Below are positions 9,326 to 17,853 of a stretch of DNA of 64,000 bases, one piece after another (within the stretch, counting starts at the first letter, position 1; each line of letters starts with the position of its first letter). The DNA comes from Desulfatiglandales bacterium (lineage in GTDB: Bacteria; Desulfobacterota; DSM-4660; Desulfatiglandales; Desulfatiglandaceae), in NCBI GenBank assembly GCA_963662465.1, contig OY759599.1:2208001-2272000 (forward strand), written 5' to 3'. The notes beneath the pieces were generated by a model that searched no databases, was not told where the DNA came from, and saw only the letters and a program-made list of their open reading frames with translations. A program made the translations under genes and the position numbers.

Positions 9326-10432
9326 ATGAAATGCCCCAAATGCAACTACATCAGTTTCGATTTCAACCGGACCTGTCCGAAATGCGGGAACGATAACACA
9401 GAGGAACAGGCCCGGTTGAACCTGTCTCCCAATAAACCAAATCCACCCTTCTTTCTAGCCGCTCTTATTGGGGTACAGGATTCTCCAAATTACGAAATCT
9501 CCGCCAACGAAAATGACATTGCTTTTCCCGGGACACCCCACGAAGAGTTTGATGCACAGGAATTGTTGATTGCCCTTGACGACCTGCAAACGGATGAGTC
9601 CAAACCGGATGTTCTGGAACCGCTGGACAGCGGGGAAAATGAAATTTTATTTGAGCTGGATCCAACAGAGGACTCCCCAACCACCGAGAAGCCGTTAGAC
9701 GAAATAGAGTTTTTCAGCGCCGAAAATACACCGGAAGATCCGAATGATGAGGAATTGTTGCTGACTCTGGACGATTTCCCGGAAAATGAATCCACTTCGG
9801 ATACTTTGGCGTCAAGTCAACCCAAAGAAGAGGAAATTGCCTTTGAACTGGATGATCCATTTGAACCGGTAAACCCACCTGTCGAAAAAGGCACTCTCAA
9901 TAAATTTGACGACATCCAGACGGATGAACAAGATGTTTTCCTGGAAGAAGTTCCCGAGCCAAGCAATGAAGTGGATCTTTTCCTGGAAGAGGACGTCCCG
10001 ATCATAGAGATACGGGAAGACGAAGCAGAACTTTCCAGCGATCAGAATATGCCGGAAGAATTGGATGCTCAGGATTTATTGCTAACCTTTGATGACCTCA
10101 CGGAAGATGATGTTACAACTGATCCCCTGACGTCAAGTCAACCCAAAGAAAAGGAAATCGCCTTTGAACTGGATGATCCATTTGAACCGGAGAGCCTACC
10201 TGCCGAAAAAGACAAAGATGCCTTTGAAGAGAAGGGATTCTGGAATTCCGACGAAATAGAAAAACAAATGGCTGCCTTTGGCCTTGAAGAAACCGATGAA
10301 AAAAAAGCGGATATCGCTCAGAAAGAAACGGTTGACGAAAAAAAGAACGATGATTTTTTTCTAGAGTTGGATCTGGAACCTTTGGATCTTGAATTGCCTT
10401 TCGAAGATACGGAGAAAAATCCTCAGCCTTGA
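9326..10432 (+). CDS. Hypothetical protein: N-terminal double CxxC zinc ribbon and highly acidic repetitive tail
   Basis: MKCPKC...TCPKC; D/E-rich; SSQPKE(E/K)EIAFELDDPFEP occurs twice. Confidence 0.8.
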   Translation: MKCPKCNYISFDFNRTCPKCGNDNTEEQARLNLSPNKPNPPFFLAALIGVQDSPNYEISANENDIAFPGTPHEEFDAQELLIALDDLQTDESKPDVLEPLDSGENEILFELDPTEDSPTTEKPLDEIEFFSAENTPEDPNDEELLLTLDDFPENESTSDTLASSQPKEEEIAFELDDPFEPVNPPVEKGTLNKFDDIQTDEQDVFLEEVPEPSNEVDLFLEEDVPIIEIREDEAELSSDQNMPEELDAQDLLLTFDDLTEDDVTTDPLTSSQPKEKEIAFELDDPFEPESLPAEKDKDAFEEKGFWNSDEIEKQMAAFGLEETDEKKADIAQKETVDEKKNDDFFLELDLEPLDLELPFEDTEKNPQP

Positions 10433-10500
10433 TCATCGTTCCAGCCATCCTGCGCAGGTCATTCCCCCTGTCCCCTGACAACTGCCCCCTGTGAACGGAT

Positions 10501-11139
10501 TTAAGACATCAAAACTGCTCGGACCGGCGCCCCCTCCCCTCCCCCGATTTTCAGGGGAAAACAGTACAGGGCATATTTGCCGACAGGAACCCCCTTCAGA
10601 TTAATACCTTCCAGGATCAAAATGTCGTTTCCAAGAATTTGCCGGTGTACAAAAGAGTCCGTGCTGCCATACTTTTCGATACTGATGTAATCGATCCCAA
10701 CCAGCCCAACCCGTTTACGGACGCACCAATCCGCTCCCTCCGGCGAGAGATAAACGAAGTCCTCTTGAAAAATTCCATTTTCAATGCGGCCCGTTGTTGA
10801 ATTTTGGGTTTTAAAAAGGATCGCCTCCCCGGACCGGACCTTCACCTTTTCCAGTTCCCGAACTGCAATTGACGTGGCGCTTCCAATGGGGACCACATGG
10901 GCCGAAAGAATGAATTTTTCAACGGGAAATTGGTCAATGGTTTTCCCGTCTGAAAAAAAATGCGACGGCGCATCCAGGTGCGTACCGGCGTGGGCGCTCA
11001 TGGTAATTTCGGAAAGATTACAATCATCCCCGCCTTGAATGGTTTGCACCATTTTTCGTTGATACGGGGTATCTCCGGGATAATTGATGGATTCAACACC
11101 CAGCAAAACGGATATGTCGTAGAATTTTTTGTGTGTCAT
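10501..11139 (-). CDS. Cyclase-family metal-dependent hydrolase (KynB/arylformamidase-like)
   Basis: HAGTHLDAPSHF, VGIDYISIE, GGEGAPVRAVL. Confidence 0.88.
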   Translation of the reverse strand: MTHKKFYDISVLLGVESINYPGDTPYQRKMVQTIQGGDDCNLSEITMSAHAGTHLDAPSHFFSDGKTIDQFPVEKFILSAHVVPIGSATSIAVRELEKVKVRSGEAILFKTQNSTTGRIENGIFQEDFVYLSPEGADWCVRKRVGLVGIDYISIEKYGSTDSFVHRQILGNDILILEGINLKGVPVGKYALYCFPLKIGGGEGAPVRAVLMS

Positions 11140-11388
11140 CCGTCATTTCCTTGATTCAAATTTCGAGAGAAACCGGCATTTATCCTGCCACTTTTGAGAT
11201 GTCGCTTCATTTCAGGAGGTTTCGAAAGATACTCGCTGTATGATAGCCTTTGGCTCCGTATTTGACAACCACGAAAAAGTCAACATTGATTTAGTCGTTA
11301 TTAGCTTGTTTCTATTTAGTAAAAATATTATCGTATTGAAACTGCCTTACAGCCTGCCCCCGCAACCCAAAAGAAAGGACTTTAAAAA

Positions 11389-12261
11389 ATGAAACCACTT
11401 GCGGCATGTGCTCCGTGTGTTCTGGAATGGACCTTTGGGAGAACGGCATCTTCGATGGGTGAAAACGAAAGTATTGAATTGATGCGGACCCTGTTAGGGG
11501 TATTGCATAATGAATTCAAGGTAAATCAAAACTTAGGTTTCATTGCAAAGAGGCTCCTCGATGCGGTCAATCCCCAAATATTGGATGCCGCCGTTCTTTA
11601 TGATGAGATCAAGAAGAACACCAATCTCGCTGTAAAAGCATTGTTGCCCGCTGCCAGGCAATTTGTCCAAACAGGTAAAACACCGCAAGAACGTTTCGAG
11701 AGGGCGTGTTGCCTCGCATCAACGGGCAATGTTTCACCTCTCGCCGCACCCTCCGGAGTTCTCGAATTTTCCGATGCGGAAGGGTTGATGTCGGGAAGCG
11801 GTCCCTTCCCCATCGTAACAGACGATGTGTATGAAGCCGCCCGAAACAAAAAACGGGTGTTGTTCCTTTGCGATAACGCCGGGGAAATTGGTTTTGATTC
11901 CCTGCTCATAGAGCAACTCAAAACCATGGGGAGTACTGTTACCCTCGTCCTCAAGGAGGCGCCTTTTTTTGAAGATGCCACCCTTCAAGATGCCGTTTAC
12001 TTCGGTCTCGACAAGCTGAGCGACCGTATGCTGAGCGTCAAAACCCTTTTCATCCCCGGTGAGGAGGCCCCATCCGTGCTGGATGAAGCCTATCAGGAAA
12101 GTGATCTGGTGATCGCAAAAGGCACTTTCAATGTTGAGTCTCTTTACGGGGAAACCTTTGGAAAACCCGTCATTTTTATGCTGAAGGCCAAATGCGGGCC
12201 CCTTTCAAAAAAATTTGGCGTTGATCAGGGGAGTTTTATCGTCAGGCTTGAAAACGGTTAG
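11389..12261 (+). CDS. DUF89/ARMT1-like damage-control phosphatase
   Basis: N-terminal CxxC, LCDNAGEIGFD, VIAKGxxN-x-ESL, LKAKC. Confidence 0.82.
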   Translation: MKPLAACAPCVLEWTFGRTASSMGENESIELMRTLLGVLHNEFKVNQNLGFIAKRLLDAVNPQILDAAVLYDEIKKNTNLAVKALLPAARQFVQTGKTPQERFERACCLASTGNVSPLAAPSGVLEFSDAEGLMSGSGPFPIVTDDVYEAARNKKRVLFLCDNAGEIGFDSLLIEQLKTMGSTVTLVLKEAPFFEDATLQDAVYFGLDKLSDRMLSVKTLFIPGEEAPSVLDEAYQESDLVIAKGTFNVESLYGETFGKPVIFMLKAKCGPLSKKFGVDQGSFIVRLENG

Positions 12262-12329
12262 CGTATGAGACGAAGAGGCGCTAACATGTGGGAACAGACA
12301 AAACGGAAGCGCTGGAATGGCCAACCGCC

Positions 12330-12465
12330 CTTTCATGGCGAAAGGGGAAAACCGAAGCGCTGCATGCACGATTCGTCATAGGCGCAGACGGCGCTGCTTC
12401 CGTGGTCCGCAGATCCATATTCCCTGATCTGAAGGTTCGTTTTTCGGGTCCCATCCGGGAATCAC
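12330..12465 (+). pseudogene. Internal fragment of a geranylgeranyl-reductase-type FAD oxidoreductase
   Basis: ALHARFVIGADGAASVVRRSIFP (IGADG motif) without the N-terminal GxGxxG or the C-terminus; bounds approximate. Confidence 0.6.
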
Positions 12466-13052
12466 AGCCCCGGGCATGGGGATATATATAGCCGCGTATT
12501 AAAGTAGATAGATATACCTTCGATGCTATCCTTAATAATCATACTGAATAGCTCTTCAGCAGTGTAGGTGCTTCTTCCGTAATATTGGGACAAATCGTCA
12601 GTGTAGAATTGAATATTTGCCATCTCTGTGATGAGGTGTACACTGGACGGTAAATCTGGTAACAACGCCCTGAGTGCGACTGAATGGACATACTGATTCC
12701 ATTTAAAAACAATATCCATCGCATACTTAATCACTTCGGGAGTAATGGCAATGGATGGGATAACGATTTCTGCGCCGCTTGTGTCTAAGACAACGATGTT
12801 TGTGTCTTCAATCTGCTCCCTGAGTAAAAGTTTAAGCGCTGCTCCGAACCAATCCTCAGTCGTTGCACGGATGGTAATGGTATAGCTGTCTTCATTTATT
12901 ACCGGCTCATTGATCTGGACCCTGTCGTCCAGACCGATAGCGTAAATCAGCTTATTGTAGGCGACCCACTCTGGGGGACTCAGTGCGCTTGCGTGAGAAA
13001 ACATACCAAGGATTGCTACCGAAATGAGGGCCAAACAAAATCTCTTTTTCAT
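12462..13052 (-). CDS. Secreted hypothetical protein
   Basis: Signal peptide (MKKRFCLALISVAILGMFSHASA), GAGG RBS, 196 aa; no family recognised. Confidence 0.75.
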   Translation of the reverse strand: MKKRFCLALISVAILGMFSHASALSPPEWVAYNKLIYAIGLDDRVQINEPVINEDSYTITIRATTEDWFGAALKLLLREQIEDTNIVVLDTSGAEIVIPSIAITPEVIKYAMDIVFKWNQYVHSVALRALLPDLPSSVHLITEMANIQFYTDDLSQYYGRSTYTAEELFSMIIKDSIEGISIYFNTRLYISPCPGL

Positions 13053-13303
13053 ATCTACACCTCTTTGTTCTGTGTTATGGGGCTAGATCAGCCAAAGGGG
13101 ACCACGAAACTTAAAAAAACAATACCATGGGCAACCATATCGCACAAGCCATTTATCAGCGCTATCGCATGAAATAATATTAAAAAGTCTCCGTGGTTGT
13201 TTATGATCGGAAAGGCAGGGTACTATACGCTTGTTTTTCACTTGGTGGGTATGGTATTTTTCAAAAAAACAAGGATATTTCATTCCCCAATGGAGGTAAA
13301 AAT

Positions 13304-14221
13304 ATGCGTTTAGTTACAAGATCAGATTTTGATGGCCTCGGATGTGCGGCCGTTCTAAAGGAAGTGGGCAAGATTGACGACATCAAATTCGTACACCCCA
13401 AAGACATTCAAGACGGCATCATAGAAATCACTTCGAAAGATATCTTGGCCAACATACCCTACGTACCGGGCTGCGGGATCTGGTTCGACCACCACTCAAG
13501 CGAACACGAACGTAAGGCATTCGGTGACTTCGAAGGAGACAGCGATCCCTCGGCTCCCAGTGCTGCCCGGGTGATCTACAACTTCTACGGTGGATACGAC
13601 AAGCTGAAAAATGACCATCTGAACAATCTGGTCCAGGCAGTGGACAAGGCCGATTCGGCACAATTTACCAGGGAGGAGATTCTCGATCCCACTGGATGGG
13701 TACTCCTATCTTTTGTAATGGACCCCCGCACCGGTTTGGGTCGATACAGAGATTACCGAATCAGCAACTATGCCCTCATGATGGACATGATCGACTATTG
13801 CCGAGAGAAGACCGACAAGGAGATTCTCGATATCTCTGACATCAAAGAGCGAACCGACCGCTATTTCGAACAGGACAAACTGTTCCGCGAAATGCTGCTC
13901 AAAAACAGCACAAAGCACGAATCAGTGGTGCTGGTTGACCTACGCAATCAGGAGGAAATATATACAGGAAACCGCTTTCTGCTATACAGCCTCTTTCCTG
14001 AGCAGAACATTTCAATGCAGGTCATGTGGGGATTTAAGCGTCAGAATATCGTGATTACCTGTGGTTACAGCATCATCAACAGAAGCGCTACCGTGGATGT
14101 GGGATCCTTGATGCTGAAGCATGGAGGCGGCGGGCACCACAAAGTAGGAACCTGTCAGATACCTGTAGAAAAAGCGGACGAAGTAATTCAGGAAATCCTG
14201 GAAACGCTGAACAACGAGTGA
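13304..14221 (+). CDS. DHH-family phosphoesterase (exopolyphosphatase-like/nanoRNase)
   Basis: MRLVTRSDFDG, WFDHHSSE, GGGGHHKVGTCQ; GGAGG RBS before ATG 13304. Confidence 0.88.
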   Translation: MRLVTRSDFDGLGCAAVLKEVGKIDDIKFVHPKDIQDGIIEITSKDILANIPYVPGCGIWFDHHSSEHERKAFGDFEGDSDPSAPSAARVIYNFYGGYDKLKNDHLNNLVQAVDKADSAQFTREEILDPTGWVLLSFVMDPRTGLGRYRDYRISNYALMMDMIDYCREKTDKEILDISDIKERTDRYFEQDKLFREMLLKNSTKHESVVLVDLRNQEEIYTGNRFLLYSLFPEQNISMQVMWGFKRQNIVITCGYSIINRSATVDVGSLMLKHGGGGHHKVGTCQIPVEKADEVIQEILETLNNE

Positions 14222-14312
14222 TCGTAAAGAAAAGGCTTGACCCGGCAGAATTCGGTGCATTCGTCATAAAGAATCGTATGTATTCGGAGCCCAACGATCC
14301 CATAGAATCAAT

Positions 14313-14416
14313 GTCAGGTAATCCCGCGTGTGGACATGTGGGATTTTGAACGTTCATGGGGGTTGGCGTGGAAATCGAAATTTCGCGGTAAAAACGTGAA
14401 CGCGGGACAACCTGAC
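14313..14416. repeat. Small element with 17-bp imperfect terminal inverted repeats
   Basis: GTCAGGTAATCCCGCGT ... ACGCGGGACAACCTGAC (15/17). Confidence 0.6.
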
Positions 14417-14450
14417 CTACGGACGATACGACTTTTCCCCTCCTGGAAAG

Positions 14451-14505
14451 TTTTCACGTTAATCCGTGATGGGCCAAAGGGGCTCATCGCGGATTAACGT
14501 GAAAA
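14451..14505. repeat. 25-bp-stem hairpin
   Basis: TTTTCACGTTAATCCGTGATGGGCC-AAAGG-GGCTCATCGCGGATTAACGTGAAAA; the two deviations are G-U pairs on the + strand. Confidence 0.8.
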
Positions 14506-14528
14506 TCGCTACTGACTTCGCTTTCGCA

Positions 14529-14676
14529 CTCGTTCCCATGCTCTCCGTGGGAACGGTTTTCGGACGCTCTGCGTCCCGGTTTGGACCCCTAAGAAATGGG
14601 CCTGTAGCGGTTCAAAAGACGAATTGTCGGACGCGGAGCGTCCAAGGTAGGTTCCCACGCAGAGCATGGGAACCAG
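14529..14676. repeat. REP-doublet (REPIN)/MITE-like nested palindrome
   Basis: Arms CTCGTTCCCATGCTCTCCGTGGGAAC..GGACGCTCTGCGTCC and GGACGCGGAGCGTCC..GTTCCCACGCAGAGCATGGGAACCAG are mutually inverted, and each contains its own hairpins. Confidence 0.8.
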
Positions 14677-14862
14677 CCCGATCCGAAACTTCGGGAGCTG
14701 CTGGAGACGATCATCCCTGAAAACAATATGTTTGAAGATTTTGAGGTGGTCCACGATTTTCCCGGCATCGGCAGAAAAAAGATGCTGTTAAACGCCCGTA
14801 AAGTGAAGGGCGCAGTGAAGGAAAAGACGTTGATTTTGCCGGCCATGGAAGAGGTTGCGTGA
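14677..14862 (+). pseudogene. 3' remnant of a PAS-domain gene (type ending CheB/CheR fusion proteins)
   Basis: Manual translation PDPKLRELLETIIPENNMFEDFEVVHDFPGIGRKKMLLNARKVKGAVKEKTLILPAMEEVA*; no 5' part; begins at the palindrome edge. Confidence 0.65.
14789..14862 (+). repeat. Direct repeat A1 (74 bp)
   Basis: 72/74 identical to 15632-15705. Confidence 0.95.
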
Positions 14863-14931
14863 GGGGGTTGCAAAACTGAGGCAGGCCCACAAAATAGAGA
14901 CCATCGGCAGGTTATATTTTCCGGCAGCGGT

Positions 14932-15192
14932 ATGGAGGCAAAAATGACAAAATTACTCAGAGAAGCATTTACCATGGCATCAGAAAGATATAATAGTCAG
15001 CAGGACAGGCTTGCATGTCTTATGATTGAGAATATGGACAGACTTTATGAACTTCTGGAAGAAGAGGCGGATGAACGAAATTTTGATGTTTGTGTCATTG
15101 AAGCTGTCAGCTCAGAAAAAATACGGAAACTGTTCGGAAAGGTAGCGGAAAAATACAGTTCCCAGAACTTAACTGAGATGAAGATAAAATGA
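14932..15192 (+). CDS. Putative antitoxin
   Basis: Small acidic protein; MTKLLREAFTMAS..QQDRLA resembles antitoxins found upstream of RelE/ParE toxins; ATGA overlap with next gene; true start may be the second ATG (GGAGG upstream). Confidence 0.55.
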   Translation: MEAKMTKLLREAFTMASERYNSQQDRLACLMIENMDRLYELLEEEADERNFDVCVIEAVSSEKIRKLFGKVAEKYSSQNLTEMKIK

Positions 15193-15644
15193 AACGTATC
15201 CTTATTACCGACAGTTTTCGCAGGATTCTGAAAAAACACAGAAAGCACTTTAAGGAACAGGATATTGTGCTTAATATGAGGGAGTTTGTCCGTATCGGTT
15301 TCAGAAAAGGCGAAAGCAGACTGAAAACATTTATATCAGAAGGTGTTACAATTGAAATTGTCAAACTTCGCATCCGTCTTGCTCAGTCAGTAGGGCGTTA
15401 TCTTCTCGCAATCATAGACGGAAATGAACATATCCCGTTTTTTATTGATTTGAAAACAGGATATTATGGAAAGAATCTGAGTTTTGAGACAAATAAAAGA
15501 GTGGTTTCAATGCTGGAAAAGGCACTTGAAAATGCGATGACCGATTATTTGGAACATACGGAAGGAAACCTGAAAGCAGAAGAATATCTGATTGAGCAGG
15601 AATCAGATGAACTATCTGAGCAACGGACAACTAAACGCCCGTAA
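15189..15644 (+). CDS. Putative toxin, possibly divergent RelE/ParE fold
   Basis: Basic N-terminus MKRILITDSFRRILKK, KLRIRL..GRYLL; coupled to upstream gene; AT-rich; stop codon lies inside repeat A2. Confidence 0.5.
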   Translation: MKRILITDSFRRILKKHRKHFKEQDIVLNMREFVRIGFRKGESRLKTFISEGVTIEIVKLRIRLAQSVGRYLLAIIDGNEHIPFFIDLKTGYYGKNLSFETNKRVVSMLEKALENAMTDYLEHTEGNLKAEEYLIEQESDELSEQRTTKRP

Positions 15645-15705
15645 AGTGAAGGGCGCAGTGGAGGAAAAGACGTTGATTTTGCCGGCCATGGAAGAGGTTG
15701 GGTGA
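15632..15705 (+). repeat. Direct repeat A2 (orphan copy of the gene 3' end)
   Basis: 72/74 identical to 14789-14862. Confidence 0.95.
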
Positions 15706-15762
15706 TGGATTTCCAAAGATGTCTCACGCAAAGGCGCAAAGAGTCGACAAAGGAGTTGGATC

Positions 15763-17853
15763 ATGAAAGAAACCGGGGAGAGCAGCCCTGAAACCACCAA
15801 CCTGCGAAAGCGAGCCGAGAAGTTCCCGCACAAACCCCTTTCCGACCTAAAGGAATTGTCCCCGGAAGAGCTCAAGGGGTTGATCGAGGCGTTGCGCATC
15901 CACCAGGTGGAGCTGGAAATGCAGGGGGAGGATCTGCGTCGGTCCCATGGGGAACTGGAAGACGCCCGCAATCGGTATCGGGAGCTGTACGATTTTGCGC
16001 CGGTGGGATACCTCACCGTCAGTGAAAAGGGGATGATTCAGGCGGCAAATCTTTCTGCCGCCACCTTGCTGGGGGTGGGCCGGAGTACCCTTGTGGGGAT
16101 ACCGTTTTCCGGTTTTGTGGCCAAAAGCGACCAGGATATTTTCTATCTCCATAGAACGATGCTTCTGGAGACCCGGGAAAAACAAACCTGTGAATTGAGA
16201 CTCGTGAAAAAGGATGGCCGGGAATTCTATGCCCAACTGGAATGCATCGTGGTGGCGCGTAACGGCGAAAAACCCATCAGCATCTTCAGCGTTTTCAGGG
16301 ATATTTCAAAGCGAAAAAAAGCCGAAAAAGCGCTTTCGGTCAGCGAGAAACGCCACCGCATGATGATCGAGAACATGAGCAGCGGTGTGGCGGTTTATGA
16401 GACGAAGGATAATGGGGCCTCCTTTGTTTTCAAGGATTTCAATCCGGCGGCGGAGCGCATCAGTCATATCAGCCGAGAAAAAGTGATCGGCAGGGAGCTT
16501 CTGGAACTTTTTCCCAATATGGATCGGTTCGGACTGGTGGACGTCCTTAAGCGGGTATGGAAGACCGGGCAAAATGAAAGGCTTCAGGCCGGGTATTATG
16601 GTGATGATCAGCGCCGGGGATGGCGGGATAATCGCATCTACAAACTCCCCTCCGGGGAGGTAGTAGCCATCTATGATGATGTGACGAAAGAAAAAGAGGC
16701 GGAAGAAAAACTGCAAAAAAGCGAAGCGAAATACCGAGACCTGGTGGAGAACATTAATGATATTATCTATGCCGTTAATGTGGACGGGGTCATCACCTAC
16801 ATCAGCCCCACCGTGAAGGGGCTTTTGGGGTATCAGCCCGCGCAAATGGTCGGCAAAAACATTCTGGAATTCATGTATCAGGATTGTTGGGATGAGGTGC
16901 GACAGGATTTGAAAAAGATGGCGGTGTCGGGGTGTTCAGAACCCAAAACATGTCGCATGGTCACCCGGAAAAGCGACGTGGTCTGGGTCAGGAATTCCAT
17001 ACGCCCAATGGCTCAAAACGGCGCCATAATCGGTGCTCAGGGGACGTTAACGGATATTACCGAATCGAAAAAACTGGAGGAGGAACTCAGGCAGGCCCAC
17101 AAGATGGAGGCCATCGGCAAACTGGCAGGCGGCATCGCCCATGAGTTCAACAACGTCCTGGGCATCATTTTGGGAAACGCCGAACTGGCGCTCGATGATG
17201 TGCCGGACTGGAATCCGGCCAGGGAGTCCTTAAGTGAAATTCGGGTCGCATCTCTCAGGGCCAAGGCAGTGGTGCAGCAAATTCTCAGTTTTGCCCAAAA
17301 AACCATGACGGGCTTAAAACCCGTGGAGATGACCGAAATTATCAGGGAATCTCTCAAACTGATGCGCGCGGCAGTGCCGGCCACCATTGAAATCCGGCAG
17401 GAGTTGCCTTCAGAACCCCGGATGATCCTGGGGCATCCGGACGAAATCCGTCAGATCCTGATGAACCTTTGCACCAATGCCGCGGACGCCATGAAAGAGA
17501 GGGGTGGGGTCCTTGAGGTGAGCCTCCGGAATGAAGAATTGAGAGTGAAGAATGATACCCTGGGTCTGGCGCCGGGCAGCTATACCAAGCTGACCGTGAA
17601 AGACAACGGGAACGGCATCCCCCGCGAGATCTTGAAAAAGATTTTTGACCCCTATTTTACCACCAAGGACGTGGGCCAGGGAACCGGGATGGGACTGGCC
17701 GTGGTGCAGGGACTTGTCAAGAAATGCCATGGCGCCATCGACATCCGAAGCCCCATGGGCCGGGGAACGGTTGTGGATGTTTTTTTCCCGAATTTGATAA
17801 TATCTGAAACAAAGGAGCCGGAACATGCAAAAAACCGGGAAGACGAACCTTAA
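15763..17853 (+). CDS. Multi-PAS sensor histidine kinase
   Basis: Coiled coil HQVELEMQ, three PAS domains, GGIAHEFNN, FDPYFTTK, GTGMGL. Confidence 0.92.
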   Translation: MKETGESSPETTNLRKRAEKFPHKPLSDLKELSPEELKGLIEALRIHQVELEMQGEDLRRSHGELEDARNRYRELYDFAPVGYLTVSEKGMIQAANLSAATLLGVGRSTLVGIPFSGFVAKSDQDIFYLHRTMLLETREKQTCELRLVKKDGREFYAQLECIVVARNGEKPISIFSVFRDISKRKKAEKALSVSEKRHRMMIENMSSGVAVYETKDNGASFVFKDFNPAAERISHISREKVIGRELLELFPNMDRFGLVDVLKRVWKTGQNERLQAGYYGDDQRRGWRDNRIYKLPSGEVVAIYDDVTKEKEAEEKLQKSEAKYRDLVENINDIIYAVNVDGVITYISPTVKGLLGYQPAQMVGKNILEFMYQDCWDEVRQDLKKMAVSGCSEPKTCRMVTRKSDVVWVRNSIRPMAQNGAIIGAQGTLTDITESKKLEEELRQAHKMEAIGKLAGGIAHEFNNVLGIILGNAELALDDVPDWNPARESLSEIRVASLRAKAVVQQILSFAQKTMTGLKPVEMTEIIRESLKLMRAAVPATIEIRQELPSEPRMILGHPDEIRQILMNLCTNAADAMKERGGVLEVSLRNEELRVKNDTLGLAPGSYTKLTVKDNGNGIPREILKKIFDPYFTTKDVGQGTGMGLAVVQGLVKKCHGAIDIRSPMGRGTVVDVFFPNLIISETKEPEHAKNREDEP

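Noticed and set aside
14313..15705. Integron cassette array (hairpins as attC sites; GTTAAAC at 14787 fits GTTRRRY)
   Set aside because: No integrase, the hairpins lack paired RYYYAAC/GTTRRRY ends, and a single 7-mer match is expected by chance.
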